A stretch of DNA of 63,358 bases, counting the filler, from Lenisia limosa (lineage: Eukaryota > Protista > Breviatea): the NCBI GenBank assembly GCA_001655205.1. It is 4 parts of 4 records of this genome, joined end to end, with 100 filler letters (N's around TTAATTAATTAA, not from the genome) between each part and the next. Parts side by side here need not be neighbours in the genome. Positions count along the whole stretch, not along the records: positions 15,736 to 39,982 come from LPNZ01007215.1; 3 more parts are not named here. One strand, 5' to 3'. Positions 24,401-37,384 of the stretch are shown here, piece by piece. The notes under the pieces were generated by a model. That model saw only the letters and a program-made list of their open reading frames with translations. It ran no database searches and was not told the origin of the DNA. Within the stretch, counting starts at the first letter, position 1; each line of letters starts with the position of its first letter. The position numbers and the translations under genes are program-made.

Positions 24401-27400
24401 CTAATACAAAGCTCGGTTGTGAGGGGAGGATTGGAACCAGTCTACATTGCCAGTGTCNNNNNNNNNNNNNNNNNNNNNNNNNNNNNNNNNNNNNNNNNNN
24501 NNNNNNNNNNNNNNNATAACTATTGATAAAGTTGTTCAAAAGAAACATAATACACGTCATTATACACGCTTTTTCGTTATTAACCCAAACCTCGATAAAT
24601 GCTAAGTCGCCAAGGAACTCTACTGCCGCCTAAGATGATAAGAAGGAATGAGAATAGGGTCACGGAAATCAAATAATTACATACAATCTGATCAGAATAA
24701 CCATCATTATAAGAACCAAAATGAAGACAAGATAACTATCACACAAATTCCAACCTGGAACGCTGCCAAAGTGTCGATGATGCTGAAGTCCGCATAGTTT
24801 GCTGCCTTCGTGTCCATTTTCGACGCAGTGATCGCCTGTATCAATAAGAACCATTCAGACTGAAGGGTTACTAAGTTCAACCAAAGGAATGTGACTCAGA
24901 CCCCCCCCCCCCNNNNNNNNNNNNNNNNNNNNNNNNNNNNNNNNNNNNNNNNNNNNNNNNNNNNNNNNNNNNNNNNNNNNNNNNNNNNNNNNNNNNNNNN
25001 NNNNNNNNNNNNNNNNNNNNNNNNNNNNNNNNNNNNNNNNNNNNNNNNNNNNNNNNNNNNNNNNNNNNNNNNNNNNNNNNNNNNNNNNNNNNNNNNNNNN
25101 NNNNNNNNNNNNNNNNNNNNNNNNNNNNNNNNNNCTGCATTTTGGACTTGAGACTATGAGATTCAGAACTTCAGAAATCAGAACGTTACTTGTTGACAGG
25201 TATTATTAGTATTCTTATTTCAACCTTTTACACGCTGTGACAGCTTCAGCCCCCCCAACCTGTCAACAAGTGTAGTGGGCCGTGGACCTTCGGGCAGGTC
25301 TTCCCACAACGAATTCACCTGAGGTAAGAAGAGGAAAAACGGCTTATGAAAGACAGTGGTCACTTCGAAAAATCAAAGGATATTTTACAAATTCATTTCA
25401 TGTTGTCAAGAGAACCTCCAAACTTCAACACTTACCTGCACCGCTAACTCCAGTATTTCCTTAACATCCATTCCGGGTTCTGACCGCCACTGTCTCATCA
25501 TGATCATGAGATCCTCATGGAAGGACTCGAGGTAAACAGGCCGGATAATGCGGAGAAGAGATATGTCACATACTGAAAAATGAAGAAGCAAAACGACATC
25601 GATAGTGGCGCATTTCAAAGACTTCCTTGACCAAGTGGTGTATGGCGAGTGGCGCATTTCAATGACTTACTTGACCAAGTGGTGTATGGCGTATAAATAA
25701 AACAATTTAGCTTTCAGATTGTACCAGCTTACACGAACGGAATACAGGGCTGAGTTCGGCTTCTATTTCAGTCTCATGCTCCAAGAAAGAGATCAGGACA
25801 CGGGCTTCTGTTGGCGTGATCGCTCCCAGGGGATTGTTTACTTGCGTATCAGGCTGGAGTGTGGTTAGTGGCTGAAATGGCTTTGAATACGAGACATTCT
25901 CTCCTAAATGCAACCCAAACGCTTTTGGAAACATCAATAAATAATGGAATGCGACAGTGAGCTTCGTCTCTATATGGGACAGAACCACATACCATCATTG
26001 AGGCAGCAAGCAGCTTAATGCGTTGGTATCTTGAGTAGGCAGCTGACGTGAGGATTGTCATTAGGGCGGCAACCAACGCGTCGTGAGCACGGGGCTGGAG
26101 GTCTACGGTCCCCGGGCTGGGTGTTAGACTGACCAAACAGATATAATGCCTCGGAGGGGAAGTACTGAGGATCTGACCCAAATCTTGATTTTGGTGTTCA
26201 GATTAGAATATGTTGGCTCAGGAGACAAGAATCTAATTTGTCGAAAGGAGTTAACGCCAACACCTCAACAACACAGCATGGCATGGTTTTTCTGATCAAA
26301 GAGGCATAGTTTCCAATACCTACCCAGTACTGAGACGAGCGAGCGCGCGTTTACGTGCCTCTGGAAGTGGCGCCCCCTGTAAGTTCAGTTCAGTTCAGTT
26401 CAGTTCAGTTGGAATTGAAATTTGAAACGCATATGTTTTTTTTGCGGATATTAAAGCTGTCAAATCAATTCAAATTTGTTCCCCATCACATTCAGTGTTA
26501 CATTCAAGAGAAAATATAACATGCAAACCTGGGGGTTTTCTTCGCCATGTCGAGCGGGGTTGGCAGGGTGAGACATCCACATGTCCTCCAACTAAAACCG
26601 GTAAAAAGGCTTAACTATTTGATGAATAAGTGTCTCTACAAAAATGCAATACAGAAGATGAAATAAATACTGTGCCCATTAACCTTCTGGTAAATTAAAT
26701 ACGATATTCCAACCCACAGCAAAAGTGGACTTGACAACATTTAGTGTATCTGCCAGGCTCTCTTGATCAGAAGACTCGCGATAGAAGTGCTACAGAATAA
26801 GAATTGTCTCTAAAATGGGGGTGACACTGCGGAGACAACCACCATACGCGGTAGTTTTTCACATGTGCAATAGACTCGATTTTTGCAGTTTCAATAGCTT
26901 CGGTAATTACAGTAGCCTCCAATCGAGATACCGGCACACCCCTGTGGTTTGATCAAATGCGACGCAATCCCTGATACTCAATTCGGGGCCATTCAACTTA
27001 ATAATACACCGACCCTCCTTTCAGACAAGAGAATCCCAATAAATATCGATCATACTTCAACCATTCTAAACGCATACCGAACAGTCAGCGTAGACGTCAA
27101 CTCCTTTTCTGCGGTTTTGATGTTTTGGAAATGCTCACTCGTGTTATTGAATTCACTCGATAGTGTTTCTGCGAGGTCAAAGCACAAATTTAAGTATATA
27201 ACCACGACACCCAATTTGTCACGTTGATATGGTAACATTGAATCTTTTACCCCCAGACTGAGCCAGAGCGCTTGGGCCATACCCCGTCTGAGGCCAAGGA
27301 ATTGTTCCATCTCAAGAGAGATCCATCCAAGTACTCCTTTTGCCTGTGGGATGTGAGTAATACATGCATGAGTGGTTGTTTTGCTGAGCAAGAAAAATTC

Positions 27401-29674
27401 AATGAATAAAGACAAGTCCTTGAGAATATTTTCCCCTCACCTTCGCAAGAGCGGGTGGTCCTGCCATTCTCATTGATGTGCTTTCCTATACGATGAATGT
27501 TACGGCGGCTTTTATCGTTTGAGCATGAAAAGAACCCCCACTATCTGAAGGTACAATCAAATTAATATGGCATTGAAGAGTGTTCGTTTGACACTTTAGC
27601 CCAATTCAACTATTCTGTAGCGTTTATGCATCAATTTGCCAGGCATTAATTATCAAACTCAAGAAGCCATACCAATCACCAGCCCCATACATTGGAACCA
27701 ATTGCTTTAGCAGCTTCTCGTCCTGTAATACGGAGGACTTCGCTGAAAATGGCCTTGAAATCCGGGGGTTTGGAAGAACTTTCATCGGTACTACATCTNN
27801 NNNNNNNNNNNNNNNNNNNNNNNNNNNNNNNNNNNNNNNNNNNNNNNNNNNNNNNNNNNNNNNNNNNNNNNNATATATATACATATAAAAAGCTAAATGG
27901 ATAGCATAACTCAATGCATTGGAGTAAATTTAAGAGTGATTACATTTTGAGTTTTTTTATTTTTAGACACCGGTTTTTCAAGCATAAAAGCAAATGAGGG
28001 TGCAAGCGGGATAGTAATAACCGGACCCTGCTTACCCCAAATCTTGCATAGCTTCTCCGACAGTCATGATCTCGTGCTTTTGCCAAATGTGGTAATCCGC
28101 CTAAAGTGATAAGATTCCTAAAAACAATCTGGAACCTGTGCCTCGTTGAATAAGTACATTAAATAGCATCTTGATAGGTTTGGCCGATTTACTTCATGAT
28201 GGATTACAAGGTATTAACCACAAGACTGACTAGTACAGCATCCCACCTCCTTAGCGAAAGAACCTTCGGGATAAAGCGGATGATCTTGCCAATTAAGCCG
28301 CCATGAGAGGTGGACGCCAATAATCTGAACGGTCACCGCGAGAAAGAATGAGCGAATGAACAAGGGCAAAGGATTTCCTTCTCCGGTGAGATGTCTCGGG
28401 GAGCCCCTTGAGATAATTCTCAGCAACACCGCCAAACTCTTTTTCTTGCCTGTACGTCTGAAGCCATAACAGCAACAATGGGATCTTCCCCTGACGCTTC
28501 TTCTAACACACTGCAATGGTAAGTTTAGTATTTGCTAAGTACTCTTCGCCGATATTAATAGGAACTATCATTAACTACATTTTAATCACTCTGATGAATA
28601 ACATGATCTTATTATTCCACACTCTCCAGACCTCTCTATTATGTTAGCATCTACACCGGGCTCTTGGCATCTGTTGGCATACTGCAGGGTCACGGCGCTG
28701 ATAAGTGCCCAAATGTTGAGATCTTCTGATCGTTTTGGCTAGAGCTGTGAAAGCACGATGTACAATTCTGCAAATGTGACACATTACAGACATACACAAT
28801 TGTTGGAGGTGACACATTAATAGTTGGAGGAAGTATATTATGAAACACTGCATTTTAAAACCAATATTCGAGCATCAACCCCAATGATTGTTGAACAGAG
28901 CTGAGATATATGGTTGATTATGATTTGTGAAAGCTCATACAGTTATCTCCAATTTATTTAGAGAATTAAAAGAGTCTCACCTGTCTGAGCGGAACTGTTG
29001 ACGCGTTTTCGGGAGAGAATAGCACCTAGAGAAATGACACCGTAGCATCTAACGCCAAGAACTCAACTCGCCAATCGATAAAGAATAAAACAAGCAGCAC
29101 CCGTCCCAAACAGTCAGCTTAACTTTCTGTCTTCATGGTGTATTGTTTTGTGAATATAAGGAAAACAACCAAGGGCATACCGACCCTCTCTCTGGCAGGA
29201 TGGATCCTCTCGAAGGCTGTAGCCGTACCCCGAGGGTTTGCTTCATATGCGGCAAGTGGCCTTTGACAACGTCCCAATAGTCGTCATCCTGCTCTCCCCG
29301 CTTGCGCTCAGTTTCCTGAATGCTGAGATCGAAGACTTTACATAGCCAATAAAAGTCCATTTTATTAATGTACCTATAGTATTGTGTTCAGTTACTACGT
29401 TTTGAATTGCTGTTGGAGTGAAGGATATTATGGATTATATGTACGACAGATGCTTCTTCCTACCTTCGGTCTTGTTCTAGGCTGCTTATCCAGCACAAGA
29501 TCCACAACTGAAGCCATATCAGCAGCTCTCTGCGTGTTTTTGGCCCATCTAAAAGCTTAACGCTGAAAGGAAATCATCTGATCAAGATAACCAATCTGCA
29601 GAGTAGAGAGATCACAAGGGGACCACAAAATAAAAGACTCACCTTGTGGCATTCTTCTTTCCTTTCCTAGGCAT
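21490..29674 (-). CDS. Large multi-exon hypothetical protein, predicted largely alpha-helical (may be one or two genes)
   Basis: ATG 29674: MPRKGKKNAT|RWAKNTQRAADMASVVDLVLDKQPRTRPK|VFDLSIQETERKRGEQDDDYWDVVKGHLPHMKQTLG|VLFSPENASTVPLRQ; more than 20 further GT-AG-bounded open exons down to ~21490. No family recognised. Confidence 0.55.
25604..25691. repeat. 44-bp x2 tandem duplication, intronic
   Basis: agtggcgcatttcaa(a/t)gactt(c/a)cttgaccaagtggtgtatggcg twice. Confidence 0.9.
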
Positions 29675-29799
29675 TGTACCTTTAAAGGAAGAGAGAAGGT
29701 CACCTAATGAAAAGAGGAATAGGAATAAACACAGCCAGATAGAACCACGAAACTTTCTGAATTTATTGATCTTCAATTAAAATATCAGCTAACAGAAAG

Positions 29800-32300
29800 G
29801 TTGAATAGCCAAGGAGGGGACACCAGTAAAAGATTTGCAACTCCCTCGAATCTTAATAGCCTTGGGTCCCGTGTTAATTAAAACTACAGATAAGAGGGAA
29901 AGAGGTTCCTCTTGTTTTGCGGTTTCTACAATCCAATCAATCCGATCAATCGTCTGCCCCTCCATCAAACAAAGGTCCGGCGCCGGAAAATGGTTTTGGA
30001 GGTTATAGTTTAAAAATAATATAGAAAGTGAATATAATAATAAACGTGTAATAAACTCTCTAATTCACTAATACAGCTTTGTAGAGAGCAAAACAAAAGG
30101 TATCAAGACTTCACCTCCTTTTAGGTAATTGGATTCTGTTTATCATCATTATCTGAAAACTGAAATTCAACAGTTTAACATTTGTTAAATTGTTAAATTG
30201 ATATCATATGGTTCAAAAGTTGACATATAATAGATATGACAGTGTAAATACTTTTCCATATAAGGCGGTTTCCATGTTTCCATGTTTCCAACTTAAAAGA
30301 TGTCAATTTCAATTTGACACCTTTTGAGATTCACCTTCAACAAAGATAATTTTAAAGTGTTTAACGTTTTAGAAGACACACGAGATATTGAAGAAAAATC
30401 GAAACAACAGCCAAAAGTAAGTTACTTATGCTGAAACATTGACAACTTTTGGTAAACGGTCTAGACTCAACGATTCTGAGTTAACCGATTCATCAAAATT
30501 GGCAATCAAATTTCACTTTGTTCGAAAATACAATCAATATGAATAATATAACATACAGGTAATATTTCTCATTAATCTCACTTCATTTCATTATATATCA
30601 CAAAAAGTCACAGTAACTGACGCTTCAGGGCACTTTCACAGTGATAAATCCACGATGGGTGAATTTGAGGTAAGTTACGGTCATATCAAAAAGTCCACTC
30701 AATTTACCCCACTGTTTACAGCATTTCTTAATAAAAAATTTCTGAAGAGCAAAATATCACTCTAGACCATCACAATTATGATTTTTCTCCAACCTTACTA
30801 ATTTTGCAGCTTATTCAAACATGCAGAAGAGGGTCTACATGAGACAAGAATGGCAATTGAGAGTATTGCCAATGTAAATTTCAAATATACGGTATGGATT
30901 TCAATAATGCTGGTAAATCGTAACTGCTCAGGGCAATGGATGGTCTCCAGTTCACTATTCCTGTAAAGCCGGCTCAATTGGAGTAATAAAGATTCTTCTT
31001 CAGTCCGGAGCAAACATTTTGATGAAAACAGCAAAGGTAAGAGTTGTTTTTCAGCACTATAGAGCCTAATGAACAACATAGGAAATTTCAGCCAATAACC
31101 AGCAATTTGGAATTGAACGGGTTTTTTTATTATATTACATAACTTTATATCCTCATCCTCATTGAAATTAGGGAGAAACATGTCTTCACATTGCAATCTA
31201 CCGTAAATTCTACAAACTAGTAGAGTGGCTGTTGTCAATTAATTAAATCCTGATCCATGAATTAGACCTATTGGTACGTACCAAATTGTTTCTTAACTTC
31301 CGATTTTTCATTTAAATTTTTAGAATAACTCCACTGCATGCTGCATCTTCTGTTGGTCATTATCTATTGGTTGTGTTACTGCTCTCTGAAGGATCTTCCG
31401 TCATCACAACAAACAAACAGGTTAGAGTTTTTCAGGATAAGTGGATAAGAGTACCTGGATATACCTCGCATATGTTAACAGTTATAGAGTATATTCAGTT
31501 GTGACTGATCTTCTAGGGCAAGACCCCTTCAAATTGCATCCAAGCTTGGAAGCCAAAACGTTGTTGATGTTCTTACGCGATTTGTAGGCTGTTTCAAACT
31601 ATTCAACAAATTCGGTACAAAGTATTCAATCTGCGTTTTCTAAATATTTTAGATCAAATATCCTGTACATTTTGCCTGTGAACACGGAGGAAATAAGCTA
31701 CAAACTCAATACATCAAAAACAAAAACATGCTAAAAATGGTTGATAAAAATGTAAGGATAAAAGGCTTATTTGATCATGAAAAATAACAATATAGGGTAT
31801 AGAAGCTGGGGATTTGATTTTGCCTCAAGACCTTGAGTATCTCAAAGAAAACCCTCTTTTGAACGTAAGAGATGAAACACTGTCTTTTACAATATCACCG
31901 CTCATTTTGACACTATTTTAAGTACAACAACTCAAAACAATAGGAGGACCCCCAAAAAACAGTTATTGTTCCGAAGATATTGAGGATGATAACGAAGAAG
32001 ATTACAAGAAGGGATATAAGGGAAATAATGATTGCAGTGAACCGATAGTTGAAAAAATGTCATTAAAACCAAAGGATGGAGGTTACCAGAAAGTCAGTGT
32101 TTTATCAGTTGGCTCCGATGACACATTTTGCCGGTTCAACTCAAAAGTGAGTATTGTAGAGTTATTTGAAAGATATGGAATGCTTGGGTTTCCCAATTTC
32201 AAGTATCAGACATTTTAGACGTTTCATTTTATGATTTAACAGAAAGTCCACTCTGTCTTTGGGCATCAACTCTATTGTAGTATGCCCCTTCAAGTTGCAA
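29800..32300 (+). pseudogene. Ankyrin-repeat gene with an in-frame stop and frameshifts (decayed, or assembly errors)
   Basis: GNGWSPVHYSCKAGSIGVIKILLQSGANILMKTAK; GETCLHIAIYRK..LLSIN* (TAA 31244-31246); ITPLHAASSVGH; GKTP/LQIASKLG needs a frameshift in the C run near 31525. Confidence 0.6.
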
Positions 32301-32329
32301 AAGTAAGCCTCTGTTTATAAATTGGTCAT

Positions 32330-34411
32330 ACTGGCACTTCGCCATTCGTCTTAAAACAGAGTGGCGAAAGAATTGAGTAGAAAACAAGTCCTAATTGTAA
32401 GACTTACGTAGTGTTATAGACACAAATTGCCATTGAGTAGGGTCCAATTGAATAGAATATACCAATTATAGACTATATAATATGTATATATGGTACATGT
32501 AATATATGGTACAGTGTATATTCAATTCTATTATGGTCTATTGTTCATACCAAGAGAATAAATGTCGCACTTTGCAATGTGTTCAATTTGGAAGTTTCCA
32601 GATATAATCTACCAGGTCAGTTCATTCAGAGTCAAATATATCTTAGAACAGTTTCAAAACATCAACAAAATTTTCTCGGTTGTACTTGGCCAGTATAGAT
32701 TCAAAACAACTCAAACCTCAGGGGGCATGAAGGCAGGTGTACCAAATTGCCAAGAGATCCTGTCGTGAAACACTCTTGAAGGTTTTGAATTTGTTCATCT
32801 AAAGTTGAGAATTGAACAAACATATATTAATATTAGGGCGATTAAATTATTGATTGATTTTCAAATTTTGATTTTTAATTTTTCAAAAAAATTGGAAACT
32901 GGTCAAGTTTTCAAATTTTGGAATTTTGAAATTTGCAAAATTTGAAATTATAATTTCCTATGAACGAGTATGAGGATCATGTCTATGAAGTTAATGAGGC
33001 CTATGGGCGTGGAAAGAGAGGAAGAAGAGGAAAAATATGTGCCTCAAGTGGTGATTGGTTTGTCAGCCTATCTTGCTGGTTTTATCTAATATTACACAAA
33101 TAATGAAGAAGTAAAAGGTCTTGGGGAGCCACTGTTTCCACAACCATCACCATGATAGTTAAAAATGTTTGCAACATCATCCATTATTCAATTTATCCTT
33201 TTATTAATTCTCTATACTTTTTCACTAAAAGAATCAAAGATAACATCAAAATTCAAAAATTGAAAAACCTTAATTAAATCCCTTGAAAAAAAAAAAAAAA
33301 ATTNNNNNNNNNNNNNNNNNNNNNNNNNNNNNNNNNNNNNNNNNNNNNNNNNNNNNNNNNNNNNNNNNNNNNNAATTTAATCGCCCTATTTAATTTTTAA
33401 ACTAAATTCATCTTATTCTGCTGAATACGCAATTATCCTTGCATTTAGGTTCTCCAACTACAGTCCTATACTCACTTTACTCGTTCCAAAATAAGTCAGT
33501 TTGAAGTAGCCGTTGTGGTCCACCACAATGTTTTGGGGCTGTGGTGTCAAAATCAATAAATGACACAAAATAGTTACTCATCTTGAATAGATTGTTATAT
33601 AATTGATACAATTGGGCAAGAGAATATAAATACGCGTGGCTGACTTTTATCGACAAAATAACATATTTACATGTCTCGCTATTTCAATGTGACAAGAACA
33701 CATAATATCAGTTTTCCTTATTCAGGACTCACCTTGATGTCACAATGATAGATAGCCAGGGAGTGAAGGTGCTGAACCGCTTCAGCCAAATCAATACAAT
33801 CCTGGATACGGGTCTCCATTAAAGACACTATATGTTCTTCGTAGACACGGTCAAATAATGAACACTTGAATGTCAATAGGTAACGTTTTTACCTTTAAAC
33901 GAGGGTATTCCAGAATTGTGTGTGACTCGGTTTTGAAATACCTACAAATTGAACAAATAATCCGAATTGAGAAACAATGAAGATTCTATTAATCCGTCAT
34001 ATTCTGCTAACAAGGGCACGGCCTATTATTTGATAAAAAAAACTTTTGTAGCAAGTCTAGAAGCATAGAGTCGTGTATGCAGCGATACACTTCTGAGCTC
34101 ATCAAAACAATCTGGTTTAAAATGCCATATGTGTAACTAGTGGTTGAATTTGCAAACCTTATGGACAACTCTTTCACCAGTAGATACTCTAATTCTGGCT
34201 TAAAGTGGCTCAGGATCTTCCTAAATTTTCAGATTATACAAGAAGTCAATGGGTGAACATATTTAGTATACAATGGGAAAACACAGAGAATGATAATATA
34301 TATGTAGCACAATATGGTATTTTGCTCGTGAGTGTGCTACTTACTTGATATTTATAACTGAGAATAACTGAAGGGTCATAATCGGGGTCAAGGCTCTGAA
34401 CAGTAGCCATG
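32330..34411 (-). pseudogene. Protein kinase, degenerate (HCD for HRD, YFG for DFG, frameshift before GTPAFMPPE)
   Basis: ILEYPRLK..CIDLAEAVQHLHSLAIYHCDIK|PQNIVVDHNGYFKLTYFGTSK|..FGTPAFMPPE|..AKCDIYSL|GLVFYSIL; subdomains V-IX are in order on the minus strand. Confidence 0.75.
32834..33388. mobile_element. TIR element (family C), ~555 bp including an N gap, inserted in a kinase intron
   Basis: Perfect 15-bp inverted ends tagggcgattaaatt (32834-32848) / aatttaatcgcccta (33374-33388), including the flanking TA; AT-rich subterminal inverted motifs. Confidence 0.8.
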
Positions 34412-34489
34412 AACTATATTGTGATTGGAATGTTTTGATGACTTGCAATCAAATTGCTAACCTTTTTGTCAAGTCTCATCTCAGGATAT

Positions 34490-36947
34490 GGGAAAGCAAG
34501 ACGTTGTTACTACCAATTTTCAAAATCTCAACTAACCAGGAGGCTGGGGGTGTTTGAACGTAACCATGAAACGTCGGTATTTTTAACAGAGTGTTTCAAT
34601 TTGTTCAGTAAAGATGACTCTGACCTAACTTGATTTATAGTGTGAAGCAAGCATGTTACCTACTGAAGTATCATGCATCCAATATCTCAATGGGAGGGGC
34701 ACCACATATTTCCGAGGTGTACGAGGCTGTCAAAACAATCAAAAGAGAGATTGATACATTTGAAAAACTCCAATTTCAAAGTATCCAAGATGACTTGCAG
34801 TTAGTTTGGTGTGTATTGATCACTTTCAAGTCTAGCCAAGGATCTGAAAATTCAATTGACTGATTTACATTAAGCTGCCCTTGAAATGAACTCAGATATT
34901 GATATGTTCAACAACATTTGCAATAAATACCACTCAAAACTGACAAATATTGGATTTAAGATCAAGGTTGGTGGAATTAGATTTCATTACCAAATATAAT
35001 ACTGAAAATGAAATGAAATTTATCATTAATTATTTATAGGTTGCCATTTCGAACAGCCTTGACAACCCAGATAAATGTTCTGAGTTGAGTGCCCTCATTC
35101 AAACTAAAAAGACCATCATGAAGTCGTTTATGAAACAAATGAAGAGCTTACCTTCTTTTAGTCATTCACGTCAATCCACCAGCTCAGGTTTGAGGAGTTC
35201 TTTCGAAATAATAATGTGATATTTTATTATTTTTATAATCAGAAATATATTAGTTAGAAGAGATTAACAGATTAGTTCCAAAGCACAAAGAGGTAGAACT
35301 TATTGAAGAGAAATTTGGTGTCTTTATTGAAAAACAGCAATTTCTCCAAACGGTCAACAACAAAGCACGTAAAGAATGTGCAGACGCTGAAAAGGTATAT
35401 AAGTTTATCTCATGCCTGTCATCAAGCGATGATCTCACCTCTCTTGATAAGGTTAGAGAATGGATTTGTTGGTACTGGGTTTTATTACAAACTCTGATTT
35501 CCATTCATAACCATTTAGGCTCTTATTAACTTCTGTCAAGGGCCTGATGACCTCAAAACCCAGTTATCAAGCTGTTTGCACAACCTTGGGTGGTTAATCT
35601 ATAAAACAAGAAAAATATAAATAAGGATATCCAGCTATCTCAGTATTATATCGCTCAGATTTATATTCTCAAGGCTGGTACATGAGGCTGTTGACCGTCC
35701 TGATGCATCTGAGGTTATTCAAGCGCTTCATAAGGTATGGATGTTGTAAGTGTCCAAAAGGGCACTATTGAGTTGTCTGAAATCCCTACAAATGTATTTA
35801 TTATATATATTTACTGAAGAAGATGAGTAATCAAATCTAATGCAATTATTATTGTGTAAAGTATATTGAGAATGTCGGATTGATTCCCCTCAGATTCGTG
35901 CTAAATTGGACACTACACAATCGTATCCGAAATTCGACATCCCAGCAGTCACCTCCTACACGGTATAATACTCGAGAAACTTGTGTTAATGTAGCTTGAC
36001 TCAATTGAAATTTATGTATACGATTTAGTATGATATATTATTTCGCAAAGAGAAAAAAAATTAAAGATGTATCNNNNNNNNNNNNNNNNNNNNNNNNNNN
36101 NNNNNNNNNNNNNNNNNNNNNNNNNNNNNNNNNACAACATGATATAACTAATACTGATATGCCTCTCACAGAAAAGCCAGGTAACCTCAGTCCCCAATTT
36201 AGTAGGGTCAATACCCTCATACAATTAGAACCTCCCTACGCTCCGAAAAAGACCGGTAAAATATCGATATTTATCGAGGATTTATCGAGAAATTCAGTCT
36301 GTTACTTTGAAATGCGCAATTGCTAATTTCTATATTACTTACATTTACATTTACCATGTCAGCTACTGCGAATGCGAGATGTAACCCTCAACAGTGAAGG
36401 AAATCAAACTGTACTTATCCAGAAATTGCGTTAACGGTACGTAAAGTTTTTCTTAATTTCAACTAGGGTCATCAGAATTCTGTGGTAACCGGAAAGCGAT
36501 GCATAAAATCAAGGTAAAATATTCAATCATGATTAGATCAACAAGATGTATGTGGTCGAAAACCGATGATTGTGGACCGAATATTTGGATCAGAGACAAG
36601 ATATTGCCAATTCGCCAAAAATCATACGTGGTGTCGAGGTCAGTTTCATTTGATCTGTTTCACAAGAATTTTACGTTCCATCCTTAGTGTAGTTTTGTAA
36701 TGAGTGCAACTGACAGAGTAGACCCTTGTCAAAGATTGGACCATTGGATCGCTCTTGACAACATCAGGGGAGGTGATTTTGATGTACAGCTGCAATTCCA
36801 TGGTTTGTTGACAATAATCAATATCATCCATTTGCTATTGTATCAATTGTGTACTTATAGGCCTTAGAAACCATCAAACATCAAGGATTCAATCACCTGT
36901 TCGACAGTGAAAATGCCTACGGTCAAGGAGTCCATTTCACAGATCAA
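34490..36947 (+). CDS. Hypothetical multi-exon protein with a TPR-like helix and PARP/ART-like catalytic motifs (possibly degenerate)
   Basis: Open exons VAISNSLDNPDKC.., LEEINRLVPK.., TQLSSCLHNLG (TPR-like), QLQFHG and ALETIKHQGFNHLFDSENAYGQGVHFTDQ. Exon phases around FHG do not join cleanly. Confidence 0.4.
36228..36305 (-). mobile_element. MITE family B, degenerate copy (one TIR intact)
   Basis: TA|gaacctccctacgctccgaaaaagaccggtaaaatatcgatatttatcgaggatttatcgagaaattcagtc is the reverse complement of the 39033 copy. Confidence 0.8.
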
Positions 36948-37384
36948 GTACAAGCTTGTCAAAATTGTTACACCTCTCTTGCATTTCCTCTTGATAATAT
37001 GACTGGCATCAGGAATACAGTTCCCATTATCTTACTATAATTGAGCGAAATGATAAAAGTAATGAGTAATTTTCATTATTCCCCTGCTGAAAACGTTGAA
37101 ATATATAGCCTCTTTAGAAATCATCGGTGCAATAACTGAACAATGACACATTCACAATAGTAATAATGATGGAATCAATCTAATTACACAAGGCTTGCTA
37201 CGCAGCCCAAAAAGCCAAGGCCAAAAAAGGCCACATCATCTTCAGCAGGTTGGCTTGATTTGAATCTTGTTTGATAGATTGATGTCAATCTACCTATTTT
37301 TTAAACTTTTTACCCCTAGCAGAAAGAGTTATCAATTTCATTATCTCTTGAACTAAGGGAAATACCTCCACATCACTATTATTT

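Noticed and set aside
26330-26412. GC-rich motif plus (GTTCA)5 as a promoter
   Set aside because: It lies among same-strand exons with no supported start codon; cannot distinguish a promoter from intron sequence.
28250-28340. Dis3/RNase II CSD2-like motif (HLSWRLNWQDHPLYPEGSF)
   Set aside because: No RNB catalytic exons nearby, and another frame fits the surrounding helical gene.
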